In this document: positions 1 to 8,638 of the stretch, in pieces | Numbering within the stretch: the stretch's first letter is position 1 | How the letters are laid out: each line of letters opens with the position of its first letter | IMG/VR virus record: IMGVR_UViG_3300037882_000444 | Location: 1-52,694 of that record | Source: a virus | Lineage: Duplodnaviria; Caudoviricetes | Strand: one strand, 5' to 3' | DNA: 52,694 bases | The notes under the pieces: generated by a model | The model's database searches: none | What the model was told of the DNA's origin: nothing | The model's input: only the letters and a program-made list of their open reading frames with translations | Program-made: the position numbers and the translations under genes

Positions 1-338
1 AATGCGTATTGCATTATATCGAATGATTCACAATGCCAGAACAGCTTCATCAATCTAAGGACACGTAATGTCCTAATCAAATCCATGTGTTCTTGTGGGA
101 CAAAGAACCCAACGTAGAAAGGGAGTATTGAAAGAAGATCCACCACGAACTCTCCAGTCTTCCAATACCCCCTCTCATTCTTCAGTTGATAATACAACTC
201 AAAGGTGAAGACGGCGGCAATGGATCGTTCTAACCACAAGAACCAAAAATTACCGTCACATTCACAACCTACTTCGAAAAAGTATGCAACTACACTGGCG
301 ACAGCTAGCCAGTTACACGCTTTCTTAAATAAGTTCAT
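1..338 (-). CDS. Voltage-gated ion channel-like protein, N-terminal voltage sensor S1-S4 (partial, runs off window)
   Basis: Manual translation from ATG at 338, open to the window edge: MNLFKKACNWLAVASVVAYFFE...WLERSIAAVFTFELYYQL...FVVDLLSILPFYVGFF...DLIRTLRVLRLMKLF. S3 motif DLLSILPFY and S4 RxxRxxRxxK are present. Not in the ORF track. Confidence 0.85.
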   Translation of the reverse strand, partial: MNLFKKACNWLAVASVVAYFFEVGCECDGNFWFLWLERSIAAVFTFELYYQLKNERGYWKTGEFVVDLLSILPFYVGFFVPQEHMDLIRTLRVLRLMKLFWHCESFDIMQYA

Positions 339-349
339 TGTATTATCTT

Positions 350-613
350 TTAGTCACCACCACCACAATCACATCCGCCGCCTGAGTCATAAGACCCACC
401 TGAGTCATAACTATGACCACTTGAGCCAGAGTCATAACTTGGAGCAGAATAACTAGGACTAGCTTCAGACATGAAACTAGACATAATCGCTACACTATCA
501 ATAGCACTATCAACAAGTAGCCACGTATTATCAATATACACTTCTTGTGTAGATCCATATCCACGGGTTCTATACTTGTTAGCCAATGCTTGCTTTTTCT
601 TTTCTTTCGTCAT
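350..613 (-). CDS. Small protein with Ser/Gly/Asp-rich (SYDSGG) C-terminal tail
   Basis: ORF 350..640; start moved to ATG 613, which overlaps the upstream stop (ATGA). Confidence 0.65.
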   Translation of the reverse strand: MTKEKKKQALANKYRTRGYGSTQEVYIDNTWLLVDSAIDSVAIMSSFMSEASPSYSAPSYDSGSSGHSYDSGGSYDSGGGCDCGGGD

Positions 614-1059
614 ACTTTTATTTCTATCATTTTGGGCCAATACATGTTCATATTGGTTCCCTTAGAATTTGCAATCGTTATATGAAGACCCTTATAGTTC
701 GGACCTTCAACGATACCTAAATCTCTCTTGATTTCATCAAGTTCTTCAGAAAAGACTTTGATGTAGAACATGATGAAACCCTTTAGGTATCCACCTTGAA
801 TCATATCAACGTCATACTCGAATTTGACTGACTTATTCTTCCATTTAGAAGCTTTCTCCCAATCAATAACAGGATGAAATTTTGAATTTGCTAAAGTTAT
901 GTGTGGTGCATACATCGGTGTTCCCAATGATACCCAATACTTCCTAGTAATGAACCAGTTGTAATATTTTGTGAAATCTTCACTTACATTAACCACAACC
1001 CGACCCCTACCATTTTGGCATTTCACGTATATTTTACCTTCTGATTTCACTAAGGCCAT
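610..1059 (-). CDS. 2H phosphoesterase superfamily protein
   Basis: Two HxT motifs (APHITL, GLHITI) about 70 aa apart. True start may be the in-frame GTG at 1050, judged by promoter spacing. Confidence 0.75.
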   Translation of the reverse strand: MALVKSEGKIYVKCQNGRGRVVVNVSEDFTKYYNWFITRKYWVSLGTPMYAPHITLANSKFHPVIDWEKASKWKNKSVKFEYDVDMIQGGYLKGFIMFYIKVFSEELDEIKRDLGIVEGPNYKGLHITIANSKGTNMNMYWPKMIEIKV

Positions 1060-1077
1060 AATAGTCGGGTTTTAATT
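1058..1077 (-). promoter_or_regulatory. AATTAAAACC-box promoter
   Basis: AATTAAAACC-CGAC-TATTAT-N7-GTG(1050). Confidence 0.75.
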
Positions 1078-1653
1078 AATTAGTAGATACTTATCGATTT
1101 CTCTTATGATCTCGATAGCATTCTTATCAAACATATTGAAGACTGGAATACCATAGTGATTTGCAATCCTAATAGCTTGACCAGTTCCGCCTACATCAGT
1201 CCCATCATGGGTCCAACATATAACAAACTCAGAATCAGCTTCTCCCCATCCTCTTACTTGACGATAGTTTCGAGACATGAATCTCATGAAACGATAATAT
1301 TCATCAGATCTTGAAGTGTCTTTCAACTCCAACATCTTTTTAAAATAAGGATGAAATTTCTCAACTGAATCCCATGCTTCAGGATCAGGTTCACCGGGAC
1401 AACATTCGTCACCAACTAACCTATACCTATGTTCAGGATATAGATCTTGAAACTCTTGTTCGAAATCTTTCCATGGTAGCCAAATTTGAGCATTTTTACC
1501 ATGAACACCTTTAGCGAATGCTTGATCGGAACCAGTGGCATTTCCACTTCTGAGTATATAACCTCTTTGAGTTAAACACTTGGAGATATTCTCCATGTCA
1601 ATAGCTACCGTCTTCGGTATAGTTCTTGATCCAATTCCAGCGAAAAATTTCAT
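1072..1653 (-). CDS. DprA-like / SLOG-fold nucleotide-binding protein
   Basis: Motifs AGIGSR, LRSGNATGSDQAF, RNYRQV, GGTGQAIRIA match the phage DprA-like SLOG family. Confidence 0.8.
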   Translation of the reverse strand: MKFFAGIGSRTIPKTVAIDMENISKCLTQRGYILRSGNATGSDQAFAKGVHGKNAQIWLPWKDFEQEFQDLYPEHRYRLVGDECCPGEPDPEAWDSVEKFHPYFKKMLELKDTSRSDEYYRFMRFMSRNYRQVRGWGEADSEFVICWTHDGTDVGGTGQAIRIANHYGIPVFNMFDKNAIEIIREIDKYLLIN

Positions 1654-2042
1654 TTTATGATTAGTTCAAATTTATCAGAATCGGGTCCAAAATTCTCTTT
1701 ATCAAAGGAATAAGTCTTATAGAACTTACCACCCTTTTCCCATTTTGAAATTTGTGAGTAATCCGTCCAATGATGATGAGTATAGTCATCTAATACGATG
1801 TCTAAGCCACCATCGTTAAGTTTAATCATAACTGGTGTAGTTTCAACCTGAGCAGTTTGTTTGTAATCCTTATCACTCCTAACTGCCACAGTAAGCATAC
1901 CACCCATCAACCAGAATACACACATAATCATAGCAAATCCCCCATCAGGTTCATTGTTATGACTATCAATTGCGGATATAATGATTGCAGTTATAAAAAT
2001 AACTGGAAACATACAAAACCATATTAATTCATACCAAGTCAT
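1650..2042 (-). CDS. Hypothetical membrane protein (2 N-terminal TM segments)
   Basis: Two hydrophobic stretches; own promoter box; ATGA overlap with the next gene. Confidence 0.7.
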   Translation of the reverse strand: MTWYELIWFCMFPVIFITAIIISAIDSHNNEPDGGFAMIMCVFWLMGGMLTVAVRSDKDYKQTAQVETTPVMIKLNDGGLDIVLDDYTHHHWTDYSQISKWEKGGKFYKTYSFDKENFGPDSDKFELIIK

Positions 2043-2043
2043 G

Positions 2044-2739
2044 TTAAGATGGTATTTGGGTTTTAATTGCTAAGTCTGCTTCAACTTGTGCTATTCTTTT
2101 AGCAATGCGTTTGGCATAAGAACTCACTCTTAGGGGAGTTAGATGACTTAGGATGTTTCCAGCTTTGGTTGTTTGAATTTCCCAAACTTCACCGTTATGT
2201 TGATTGGCCCACTCTTCAAATTGAGCAGTATCCCAATTCATTAAGTGCATCAGATATACTTTATTAAACTCACCATGAGCAACAATAACATTGATATCAT
2301 TGTTAGTCACCTTCTCCATCCATTGATGGAATAGGGCAGCACGTTGATAAGCATCAGCAAAGGATTCTCCACCTAGCGGAGTGTAATAGAAATTGAAGTG
2401 CTCTTCAGCTTTCAAGTTCTGTTCAATGATATCTCTCAATGATCCCCACTCACGCTCACGGCATAATGGAGTTGGAACGAATTTATCAACCATGTGACCA
2501 CTATCATTCAATCTATCATAGATGATGTTAGCGGTTTGTGTAGCTCTTTTGTAAGTGCTGTGAAAGATATTAATATGACCATGATTAGGTCCAAGCAATT
2601 CAACAATCCTATCTGCCGCATTGACAGCATCACCTTTTCCCTTATCTGTTAATTGCACATCACAATCGTTCATTTGGAAGTAAACCTGTTTGTTCACATT
2701 ACCTTCTGATTGTCCGTGTCTGACTAAAAATAATCTCAT
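2044..2739 (-). CDS. Histidine phosphatase (phosphoglycerate mutase family)
   Basis: LVRHGQS, RATQTA, REREWG, GGES and VAHG motifs. Confidence 0.9.
   Translation of the reverse strand: MRLFLVRHGQSEGNVNKQVYFQMNDCDVQLTDKGKGDAVNAADRIVELLGPNHGHINIFHSTYKRATQTANIIYDRLNDSGHMVDKFVPTPLCREREWGSLRDIIEQNLKAEEHFNFYYTPLGGESFADAYQRAALFHQWMEKVTNNDINVIVAHGEFNKVYLMHLMNWDTAQFEEWANQHNGEVWEIQTTKAGNILSHLTPLRVSSYAKRIAKRIAQVEADLAIKTQIPS
2049..2068 (-). promoter_or_regulatory. AATTAAAACC-box promoter
   Basis: AATTAAAACC-CAAA-TACCAT-N6-ATG(2042); lies in the 3' end of the upstream CDS. Confidence 0.7.
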
Positions 2740-3179
2740 TTCTCTATTATTAAGTTGTTTTCGTGTATGTTTCCTATTACCTCTACTTTGGACCAGTCAT
2801 ACTTACTGCCATTAAGGTTTGCCCTTCCGGTTGGATTGACTATGTTTTTCTCATGTAGAGTGAACTTCTTCCCATCGAAGGAATGATAGATATATGGACG
2901 AAGGAATGACCCTTGATAGAAATCAATCTTATAGATGCTATGCATGTATAGATCCTCACATAGTTTAGTTGGTTCTTCACCAAATCTTACTAAGTCGCCT
3001 TCATAGATCTCAACTCCGTGTTTATCTTTAAGACCAATATACTGCATTATGGGCGGTTGTTCATCATAAGAACAACCATCACCATCACATATCCATCCAT
3101 CTAAAGCTAAGGTATATTGTGATGATTTATAAGTCATCATACTTACCCCTGCCCAGATCCTGAACTTTATATCTCTCAT
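2736..3179 (-). CDS. YopX family protein
   Basis: MRDIKFRIW...MQYIGLKDKHGVEIYEGDLV...EVIGNIHEN. Confidence 0.9.
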   Translation of the reverse strand: MRDIKFRIWAGVSMMTYKSSQYTLALDGWICDGDGCSYDEQPPIMQYIGLKDKHGVEIYEGDLVRFGEEPTKLCEDLYMHSIYKIDFYQGSFLRPYIYHSFDGKKFTLHEKNIVNPTGRANLNGSKYDWSKVEVIGNIHENNLIIEK

Positions 3180-3757
3180 CGATTGACTATGTTGATCTTA
3201 TACTTCTGTCCCGCTACATAAGGTGTTGGAACCAATATCCTTCCGAGTTCTTTCCATGTTACACCCTTATCCTTAGAAGTCATGAGAAACATGTATTTCA
3301 CCTTAGATATGGTGTTTAGATTGTATTTGTATAATTGACCAGTTACGATTGGAGGTGGAACGACTGCTTGACCTATTACGATCCAAGTCTTGCCTTTATC
3401 TTTAGATGTTAGTCCAACCACATACTTCTGTATTACAGGAACTTCCTTTATCACCTTGAATGCTACTTCATTGGAGTATGGGCTTTCCGCTGTTCCATTA
3501 TAACCCTTAACTGCCACATAATAGACCTTATCGAATGTGAGATCAAGTAAAGCAGCTTCAGTGTTTGTAGTGAGATACTTATTAGTGTATGTATTGGGCG
3601 ATTCTCCAATATCCACCGAATAACTCTTAGTGTTGCCAGTAGTATCAGCATCCCATACAGCAGTAGCCTTGGCTTCCGTTGAAGTTATGATAGTTTGTGC
3701 GTTTACACTGGACAATGTTAGTCCAATGAACAGTAGTATAATGTTTAGATATTTCAT
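3176..3757 (-). CDS. Exported fibronectin type III-like protein with two Asp-box repeats
   Basis: Signal peptide; FN3-like YYVAVKGYNGTAESPYSNEV; two SKDKGxTW motifs. Confidence 0.7.
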   Translation of the reverse strand: MKYLNIILLFIGLTLSSVNAQTIITSTEAKATAVWDADTTGNTKSYSVDIGESPNTYTNKYLTTNTEAALLDLTFDKVYYVAVKGYNGTAESPYSNEVAFKVIKEVPVIQKYVVGLTSKDKGKTWIVIGQAVVPPPIVTGQLYKYNLNTISKVKYMFLMTSKDKGVTWKELGRILVPTPYVAGQKYKINIVNR

Positions 3758-3981
3758 AAGTCGTGTAGGTATTCCAACATTCCGGCTTCCACATCTTCCA
3801 TGATGTATTTGAAATCCTCTGGATACAAGTCAGCCTCAGTTATGTTATACTCATAGGCCAATTGAATTCTCATATCGAAATCAGTTTCATTTCGATACCA
3901 TTGAATTTCTTCAGGAGTTGGTTCATATCGCTCACAATAAAGATAATCTTCGTAAGCTTCTGGTGGATCTTCTGGTATCAT
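3754..3981 (-). CDS. Small acidic hypothetical protein
   Basis: ORF with ATGA overlaps on both sides. Confidence 0.6.
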   Translation of the reverse strand: MIPEDPPEAYEDYLYCERYEPTPEEIQWYRNETDFDMRIQLAYEYNITEADLYPEDFKYIMEDVEAGMLEYLHDL

Positions 3982-4382
3982 AGTAATGGTAGTTTATCAG
4001 TTATTCCTTCAAATTTTTCATCCCAATGAGGACCAATAGCAACAACAGTCTTAGTGAGAACTCCATTGAATTCCGTCGCACCGTTGTCGATAATCATATT
4101 CGACATTAATCCGTTGTCAAGTGCCTTTTGGTGAATAGCATCAAGTTCTTCCTCACTGTTCACAAAAACACAAATCTTACGAAACGAATTATTGAGCCAA
4201 TGAGCGACTTCTTCAGCATATTTGTTATCAATGGAACATCTGAAATGATCCCAAGGTGCTGTGTTCATCATAAGACCTTTTCTAGTCAAGAACGACATAG
4301 CAGCATGAGAACACTGAGCCGCAATCTTACCCTTACGCATGTTAAGATCCTTACGGACCACTAGAACTTGTTTTGTATTCAT
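3978..4382 (-). CDS. pth2: Peptidyl-tRNA hydrolase, PTH2 family
   Basis: KQVLVVRKDLNMRKGKIAAQCSHA, IIDNGATEF, TVVAIGP, ITDKLPLL. Confidence 0.92.
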   Translation of the reverse strand: MNTKQVLVVRKDLNMRKGKIAAQCSHAAMSFLTRKGLMMNTAPWDHFRCSIDNKYAEEVAHWLNNSFRKICVFVNSEEELDAIHQKALDNGLMSNMIIDNGATEFNGVLTKTVVAIGPHWDEKFEGITDKLPLL

Positions 4383-4885
4383 TTTAGTAGTCTCAATCCG
4401 TATTTTGTTCCTCTTTTACAGAAGGTAAATTTTCCTTTCACAACACCGAACACCATATCATTGACATAATCTGTGAAATCTGTTAAGAACACTGCGTATT
4501 CTTTTCCAGTGAGTGTGCTTTTGAATTCCAAACCAGCAGAAGATTGACCACGGTAGAATCCAGTGTATTTCAATTCATCATCAAAGATGAAATTCTTCAC
4601 AGTGTAATACTGATCACACTCACCAACATAAATATCATTTCCGTATGGTGCTGGCACTGGTTGTGGATGTTCCACGAAATTCAACTCAGCAAGAGTATAA
4701 AATGATGCTGTTTTGTTACGAGTATTTGTGAGATAATCATACTTGTCAGTTAGAACTCTATCACCAGATATCATATCTGCGGTCAAGTTCAACCGTATTC
4801 CACCCCAAGGGGTATGAGTTAGCATATTACCATCCATATCGAATGATATATCTCCAGCGTAAAGTTTCGGTGTTTTGATCTTCAT
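4379..4885 (-). CDS. Hypothetical protein
   Basis: 168 aa ORF in a coupled operon. Confidence 0.7.
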   Translation of the reverse strand: MKIKTPKLYAGDISFDMDGNMLTHTPWGGIRLNLTADMISGDRVLTDKYDYLTNTRNKTASFYTLAELNFVEHPQPVPAPYGNDIYVGECDQYYTVKNFIFDDELKYTGFYRGQSSAGLEFKSTLTGKEYAVFLTDFTDYVNDMVFGVVKGKFTFCKRGTKYGLRLLK

Positions 4886-5241
4886 ATCGTTTTGTATCGT
4901 TCAAACCAGTCGTCTAAGGTGTAGAAATCAATGTTTCCCATGTCCATATCACAGTAGTAAGTGTCACCCATAAAGGTGAACCATCCGCTATGGATATTGG
5001 TATCGTATTTCTCTCTGAATTTGTCCATGTATTCAATCCACTTCTCTTGGGTGTATTTGTGTTTGCCCATTGGATTGTTGGCTTCTTGCCACACACGAAA
5101 CTCATGGTAATTCTTCTTGGTTTCCTCTAAAAGAGTCAAGAAGTCATACTCCGCATCTTCAAGAGATTTGTATTCGAATGGGATTATATTTTCCCCACCC
5201 TCATACTCATTTCCATCGTAATATTTAATTATTAGTCTCAT
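4882..5241 (-). CDS. Hypothetical protein
   Basis: 119 aa ORF in a coupled operon. Confidence 0.7.
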   Translation of the reverse strand: MRLIIKYYDGNEYEGGENIIPFEYKSLEDAEYDFLTLLEETKKNYHEFRVWQEANNPMGKHKYTQEKWIEYMDKFREKYDTNIHSGWFTFMGDTYYCDMDMGNIDFYTLDDWFERYKTI

Positions 5242-5492
5242 CGGTTATACCAAACTATGTGTGTTGCCCATTCTGGAAAGTCATAGCCTTTAGCGTAAGA
5301 TGGTTGAATTATACTATTTGATTTCTTGTTAATTGTTGCGAGATTTCCATGACCGTCATAATCAATGAATCCGCCCCATTTAACTTCTTCTAACCATTCT
5401 GAAAGTGTGACATGATAATCATCAGATTCAATTGGTTCAAATATAGTCCCTTTCTCTTCGGCATCAGCCTTCATCATTTCTATAATGCTCAT
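5238..5492 (-). CDS. Hypothetical protein
   Basis: 84 aa ORF with ATGA overlaps. Confidence 0.7.
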   Translation of the reverse strand: MSIIEMMKADAEEKGTIFEPIESDDYHVTLSEWLEEVKWGGFIDYDGHGNLATINKKSNSIIQPSYAKGYDFPEWATHIVWYNR

Positions 5493-5752
5493 TGTAGTTC
5501 AAATGTTTCTCTAAAGTTATCTCCGTATTTTCCATCCTCTACCCATACACCCTTTTCGATAGCTTTGAGCCATCCATCAGGGAATGATTCAGCAGCAAAA
5601 GTAGAAAAAAGGCCAAACTGTTTATGTTTGACCTTTTCTTGGTAGAACTTGGTTATACCCAAGAACCTATCATCTGGATAGAGTTCAAGAATCTTGTTTA
5701 GTGTATCTCTCATCGTCTTTACATCTATGGATGAATTTGACAGTGTGACCAC
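5489..5752 (-). CDS. Hypothetical protein
   Basis: ORF fills the operon gap; likely start at ATG 5713. Confidence 0.6.
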   Translation of the reverse strand: MVTLSNSSIDVKTMRDTLNKILELYPDDRFLGITKFYQEKVKHKQFGLFSTFAAESFPDGWLKAIEKGVWVEDGKYGDNFRETFELQ

Positions 5753-6398
5753 CTTGATAAGTGCCAGCAGGACAAGTCATAGCGTCTCCAGTTACATCGG
5801 AGAAAGCAGCGATCTTGTTATACCACATCTTTTCAGTGATAAGAGGGATCTTGGACTTGTGAACGAAGATATGATAACCACCACGGGTTTCTGTGATATC
5901 ACAATATCCTTCAGTGATTTCAACAACTTGATCGACAAGCTTTTGTTCCTTATCGTCAATATCAAACATGACATACTTACGAGTTCCAGCATTTTTCTGG
6001 ATTTCGCTCATAACTTCGGCATGAGGATTGGAATTCCTACCATTACACTCAAGCACTTTAGCCAGTTGTCCAATAGAACGCACTGTAGCCTTCCACAAGT
6101 CGCGAGGATTGGGAGAGATATACAGAGCTAAGGATTCTTGTGGAACGGGATTACCGTCGAACGTGAACGCACCAACCTTACATTCTAGTTGAGCGATCTT
6201 ATCGTAAAGGAATTCTTTCTTGGAAGTGAATCGCTTGAGTTGTCCCTTATCGGATTTGATCCACGGGACATCCTTACAATACTTCTTACGCATGAAAAGG
6301 CAGCAATAGTATTGCTCGTTTTCAAGACAGTCTGGAAGCCATGCGATGAATTCTCTTAGAGCATCTGGGTTTGTGATTATTTGGTATGTTTCAGCCAT
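5685..6398 (-). CDS. Putative AEP (primase-polymerase) superfamily protein
   Basis: hhhDxD (VMFDIDD), then ETRGGYHIFV, then a downstream Asp, in AEP motif I-III order. Confidence 0.5.
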   Translation of the reverse strand: MAETYQIITNPDALREFIAWLPDCLENEQYYCCLFMRKKYCKDVPWIKSDKGQLKRFTSKKEFLYDKIAQLECKVGAFTFDGNPVPQESLALYISPNPRDLWKATVRSIGQLAKVLECNGRNSNPHAEVMSEIQKNAGTRKYVMFDIDDKEQKLVDQVVEITEGYCDITETRGGYHIFVHKSKIPLITEKMWYNKIAAFSDVTGDAMTCPAGTYQGGHTVKFIHRCKDDERYTKQDS

Positions 6399-6404
6399 AT
6401 GAGT

Positions 6405-6424
6405 ATTATTGTTCGGTTTTAATT
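6405..6424 (-). promoter_or_regulatory. AATTAAAACC-box promoter
   Basis: AATTAAAACC-GAAC-AATAAT-N6-ATG(6398). Confidence 0.8.
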
Positions 6425-6576
6425 ACCTTTTCATCGGTCTGGTTTATGTTTACTTTGAATTCGGCCTTATCACATAATTGACAAGTCGCCACTCCAACAC
6501 ATAAACAAAAGATAAAAATCCCTTGTCCAACCCATGAGGCGAACTCACTATTAAACCATTTAATTTCTTCTTCCAT
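6406..6576 (-). CDS. Small membrane protein
   Basis: 3' part of ORF 6406..6714 from ATG 6576 (MEEEIKWF), 1 nt after the upstream stop; one hydrophobic segment. Confidence 0.55.
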   Translation of the reverse strand: MEEEIKWFNSEFASWVGQGIFIFCLCVGVATCQLCDKAEFKVNINQTDEKVIKTEQ

Positions 6577-6577
6577 A

Positions 6578-6991
6578 TTAATTGCTTGCAAGTCTGAATT
6601 TACGAATGTAGTCATACACTCTCTTATCGTCACATGAATACCACCATTGATTTTCATCCCACTCATCCAACTTGCAATCGTATTGGGATTCCTTAAGGAT
6701 AAAGGCGATAGCACTCATAGATCCGTTAAGGTCAGGTTCGAAAAATGCTTCATATTGAATGTTTAAGTTTTGAACTTCTAAAGCCCTATCAAGCATATCA
6801 CCAGATCCACCACCATCCAATAGGATAAATGTTTTGTGGTCTTTGATGAACTCATTATAAATGGGATCATCTTTAAATGTATTGGCATATTCCAGTGCTG
6901 CATGACCCGCCTGAATACCCTTCTGGATTCCAGATAGGTTATACATGACAAAGAAATACATTCTTAGTCCATTTTGATTCGCAACTAACAT
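6578..6991 (-). CDS. Second, divergent PTH2-like protein
   Basis: MYFFVMYNLSGIQKGIQAGHAALE...FFEPDLNGSMSAIAF is the phage PTH2-like pattern. Confidence 0.7.
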   Translation of the reverse strand: MLVANQNGLRMYFFVMYNLSGIQKGIQAGHAALEYANTFKDDPIYNEFIKDHKTFILLDGGGSGDMLDRALEVQNLNIQYEAFFEPDLNGSMSAIAFILKESQYDCKLDEWDENQWWYSCDDKRVYDYIRKFRLASN

Positions 6992-6997
6992 AGTTAT

Positions 6998-7017
6998 ATC
7001 GTAATTGGGTTTTAATT
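6998..7017 (-). promoter_or_regulatory. AATTAAAACC-box promoter
   Basis: AATTAAAACC-CAAT-TACGAT-N6-ATG(6991). Confidence 0.8.
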
Positions 7018-7282
7018 AAAGGAATCTGAGAGTTACTGATAAGTCAAGACCACCTTTTATGGGTTTCAATCCTTCAATAAATTTCTCATGACATTTTATA
7101 AAATCATAACCATCAATACACACATTAGCATTAATAGTATGAACGTAAAAATTAGAGAAATCTTCTGTTTTTACATCAATCATAACCTCATCAGTTAATG
7201 TATCACAGATAACATCTCTAACAGATACCTTATCTTTCTTGTAGATAGAAACCGTTCCTTCTATGTGTGTCCAAACTGACAT
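7016..7282 (-). CDS. Hypothetical protein
   Basis: 88 aa ORF in operon. Confidence 0.65.
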   Translation of the reverse strand: MSVWTHIEGTVSIYKKDKVSVRDVICDTLTDEVMIDVKTEDFSNFYVHTINANVCIDGYDFIKCHEKFIEGLKPIKGGLDLSVTLRFL

Positions 7283-7283
7283 G

Positions 7284-7508
7284 TTAATTAATTATTGCGA
7301 CACCATTCTTCATAGTGATGCTATTTGCTTTCCCTGCTATTACCCAAAATGGTTGAGACTTTCTGAGTCTCCCCTTTATGGGAACACTACATTCTAAGTT
7401 GTCAACGATGTGACAAGCATTCATATAGTGAATGGTAATTTGAGTCTTACCACATTTTCTGGATTCGGGTTTATTGTAGTGAAACCAAAAGGCTTTCATA
7501 TTAATCAC
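7284..7508 (-). CDS. Hypothetical protein
   Basis: 74 aa ORF in operon. Confidence 0.65.
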   Translation of the reverse strand: MINMKAFWFHYNKPESRKCGKTQITIHYMNACHIVDNLECSVPIKGRLRKSQPFWVIAGKANSITMKNGVAIIN

Positions 7509-8637
7509 AGTCGCGAATTGAGTAAACGTAAGGGAATCTAGGAATCAACTTATCTGGAGTCAAGTTAAAGAATCTAATCGTAGCTTTTTTGCCGATGAAT
7601 TCTTCTTGATGTTCCCAGATGTATTTCAGATACTCTCTAGTTCCTTTGATGTTTGATTTGAAAGTATGACCAAGTTCATTGGTGAATACCATTGCGCCTG
7701 CCATTCCAGAACGATTTCCTGTTCCTTCGATGATAGCCTCAATAACATACTCAGCATCTTGGAACTCTTTTCTTTTGAGAAGAGTGTTGGAACGCTTGTA
7801 TTCATAAGGTTCATTGATACGAACCATTTGACCCTCATAACCATCTTCCAAGTATCCACCATAAACAGCAGTCAAGTCTTCGACATTAGCTACTTCAGTG
7901 GTTGGAACATAAACAATAGGAGAATTTTCATCGGAGAAATGTTTACGATGGTTGAAACGAATGAATCGTTGTCTTCCAAAGACGTTTCTCTTCGGATCAC
8001 AGACATCATACCACCAGAATTGAACATACTTCTCAGACCAGTATAAATCTTCTGACTTCGGTTTGGTCTTTTTGACCAATGAAGTGATTTTGTTGAAGTC
8101 ATCATGGAACTCATGATTATACAACTCACCATCAATAACCAAATCAGGGAACTCAGCGAATAAGGGTTCCAGTGCTCTCAGAATATGAGGAATTGAAACC
8201 CATCGTTTTCCTGATCTTGCAAATGCACCATCCTTAGAGATAACAGCACGAAGACCATCAAGCTTTGGTTGTGAGTATAGAGGAAAGACAACTTTAGCCT
8301 TTCGATCATCCCACTTCTTAGCAAGCATTGGTTCAGTGAATGTGAAGTTGTCGATATTATCAACATCCTCATGGTATCCACTATCTATTTTCCTTTGCCA
8401 CATTGCTCTAGCTTCAAATACAGCCTGCATATCAGGAAGTCTTTGATTAGCTCGACCTTCATTGGTCACGATACAAACTGTCCATTCAGTTGTTTGTAGC
8501 TTACCACCAACTTGACCGTGAATGGTTCGATATGAATCTTTAAAGACTTCAACAGTCCATTCTTGAATCGCACCAGTATTAGTTCTTGCGTATAGGGTGG
8601 GGAATTCTTCCTCCACATCATCGTTCATTCCAAACAT
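7501..8637 (-). CDS. lig: ATP-dependent DNA ligase
   Basis: PMLAK, QPKLDGLRA (motif I), IDGELY, GYEGQMVR, KRSNTLLKRK, C-terminal PRFP. Start set at ATG 8637; the ORF track extends to 8724, overlapping the upstream gene. Confidence 0.93.
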   Translation of the reverse strand: MFGMNDDVEEEFPTLYARTNTGAIQEWTVEVFKDSYRTIHGQVGGKLQTTEWTVCIVTNEGRANQRLPDMQAVFEARAMWQRKIDSGYHEDVDNIDNFTFTEPMLAKKWDDRKAKVVFPLYSQPKLDGLRAVISKDGAFARSGKRWVSIPHILRALEPLFAEFPDLVIDGELYNHEFHDDFNKITSLVKKTKPKSEDLYWSEKYVQFWWYDVCDPKRNVFGRQRFIRFNHRKHFSDENSPIVYVPTTEVANVEDLTAVYGGYLEDGYEGQMVRINEPYEYKRSNTLLKRKEFQDAEYVIEAIIEGTGNRSGMAGAMVFTNELGHTFKSNIKGTREYLKYIWEHQEEFIGKKATIRFFNLTPDKLIPRFPYVYSIRDCD

Positions 8638-8638
8638 A

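Noticed and set aside
205-665. Plus-strand ORFs 205..456 and 471..665
   Set aside because: They overlap better-supported minus-strand genes (the channel and the SYDSGG protein).
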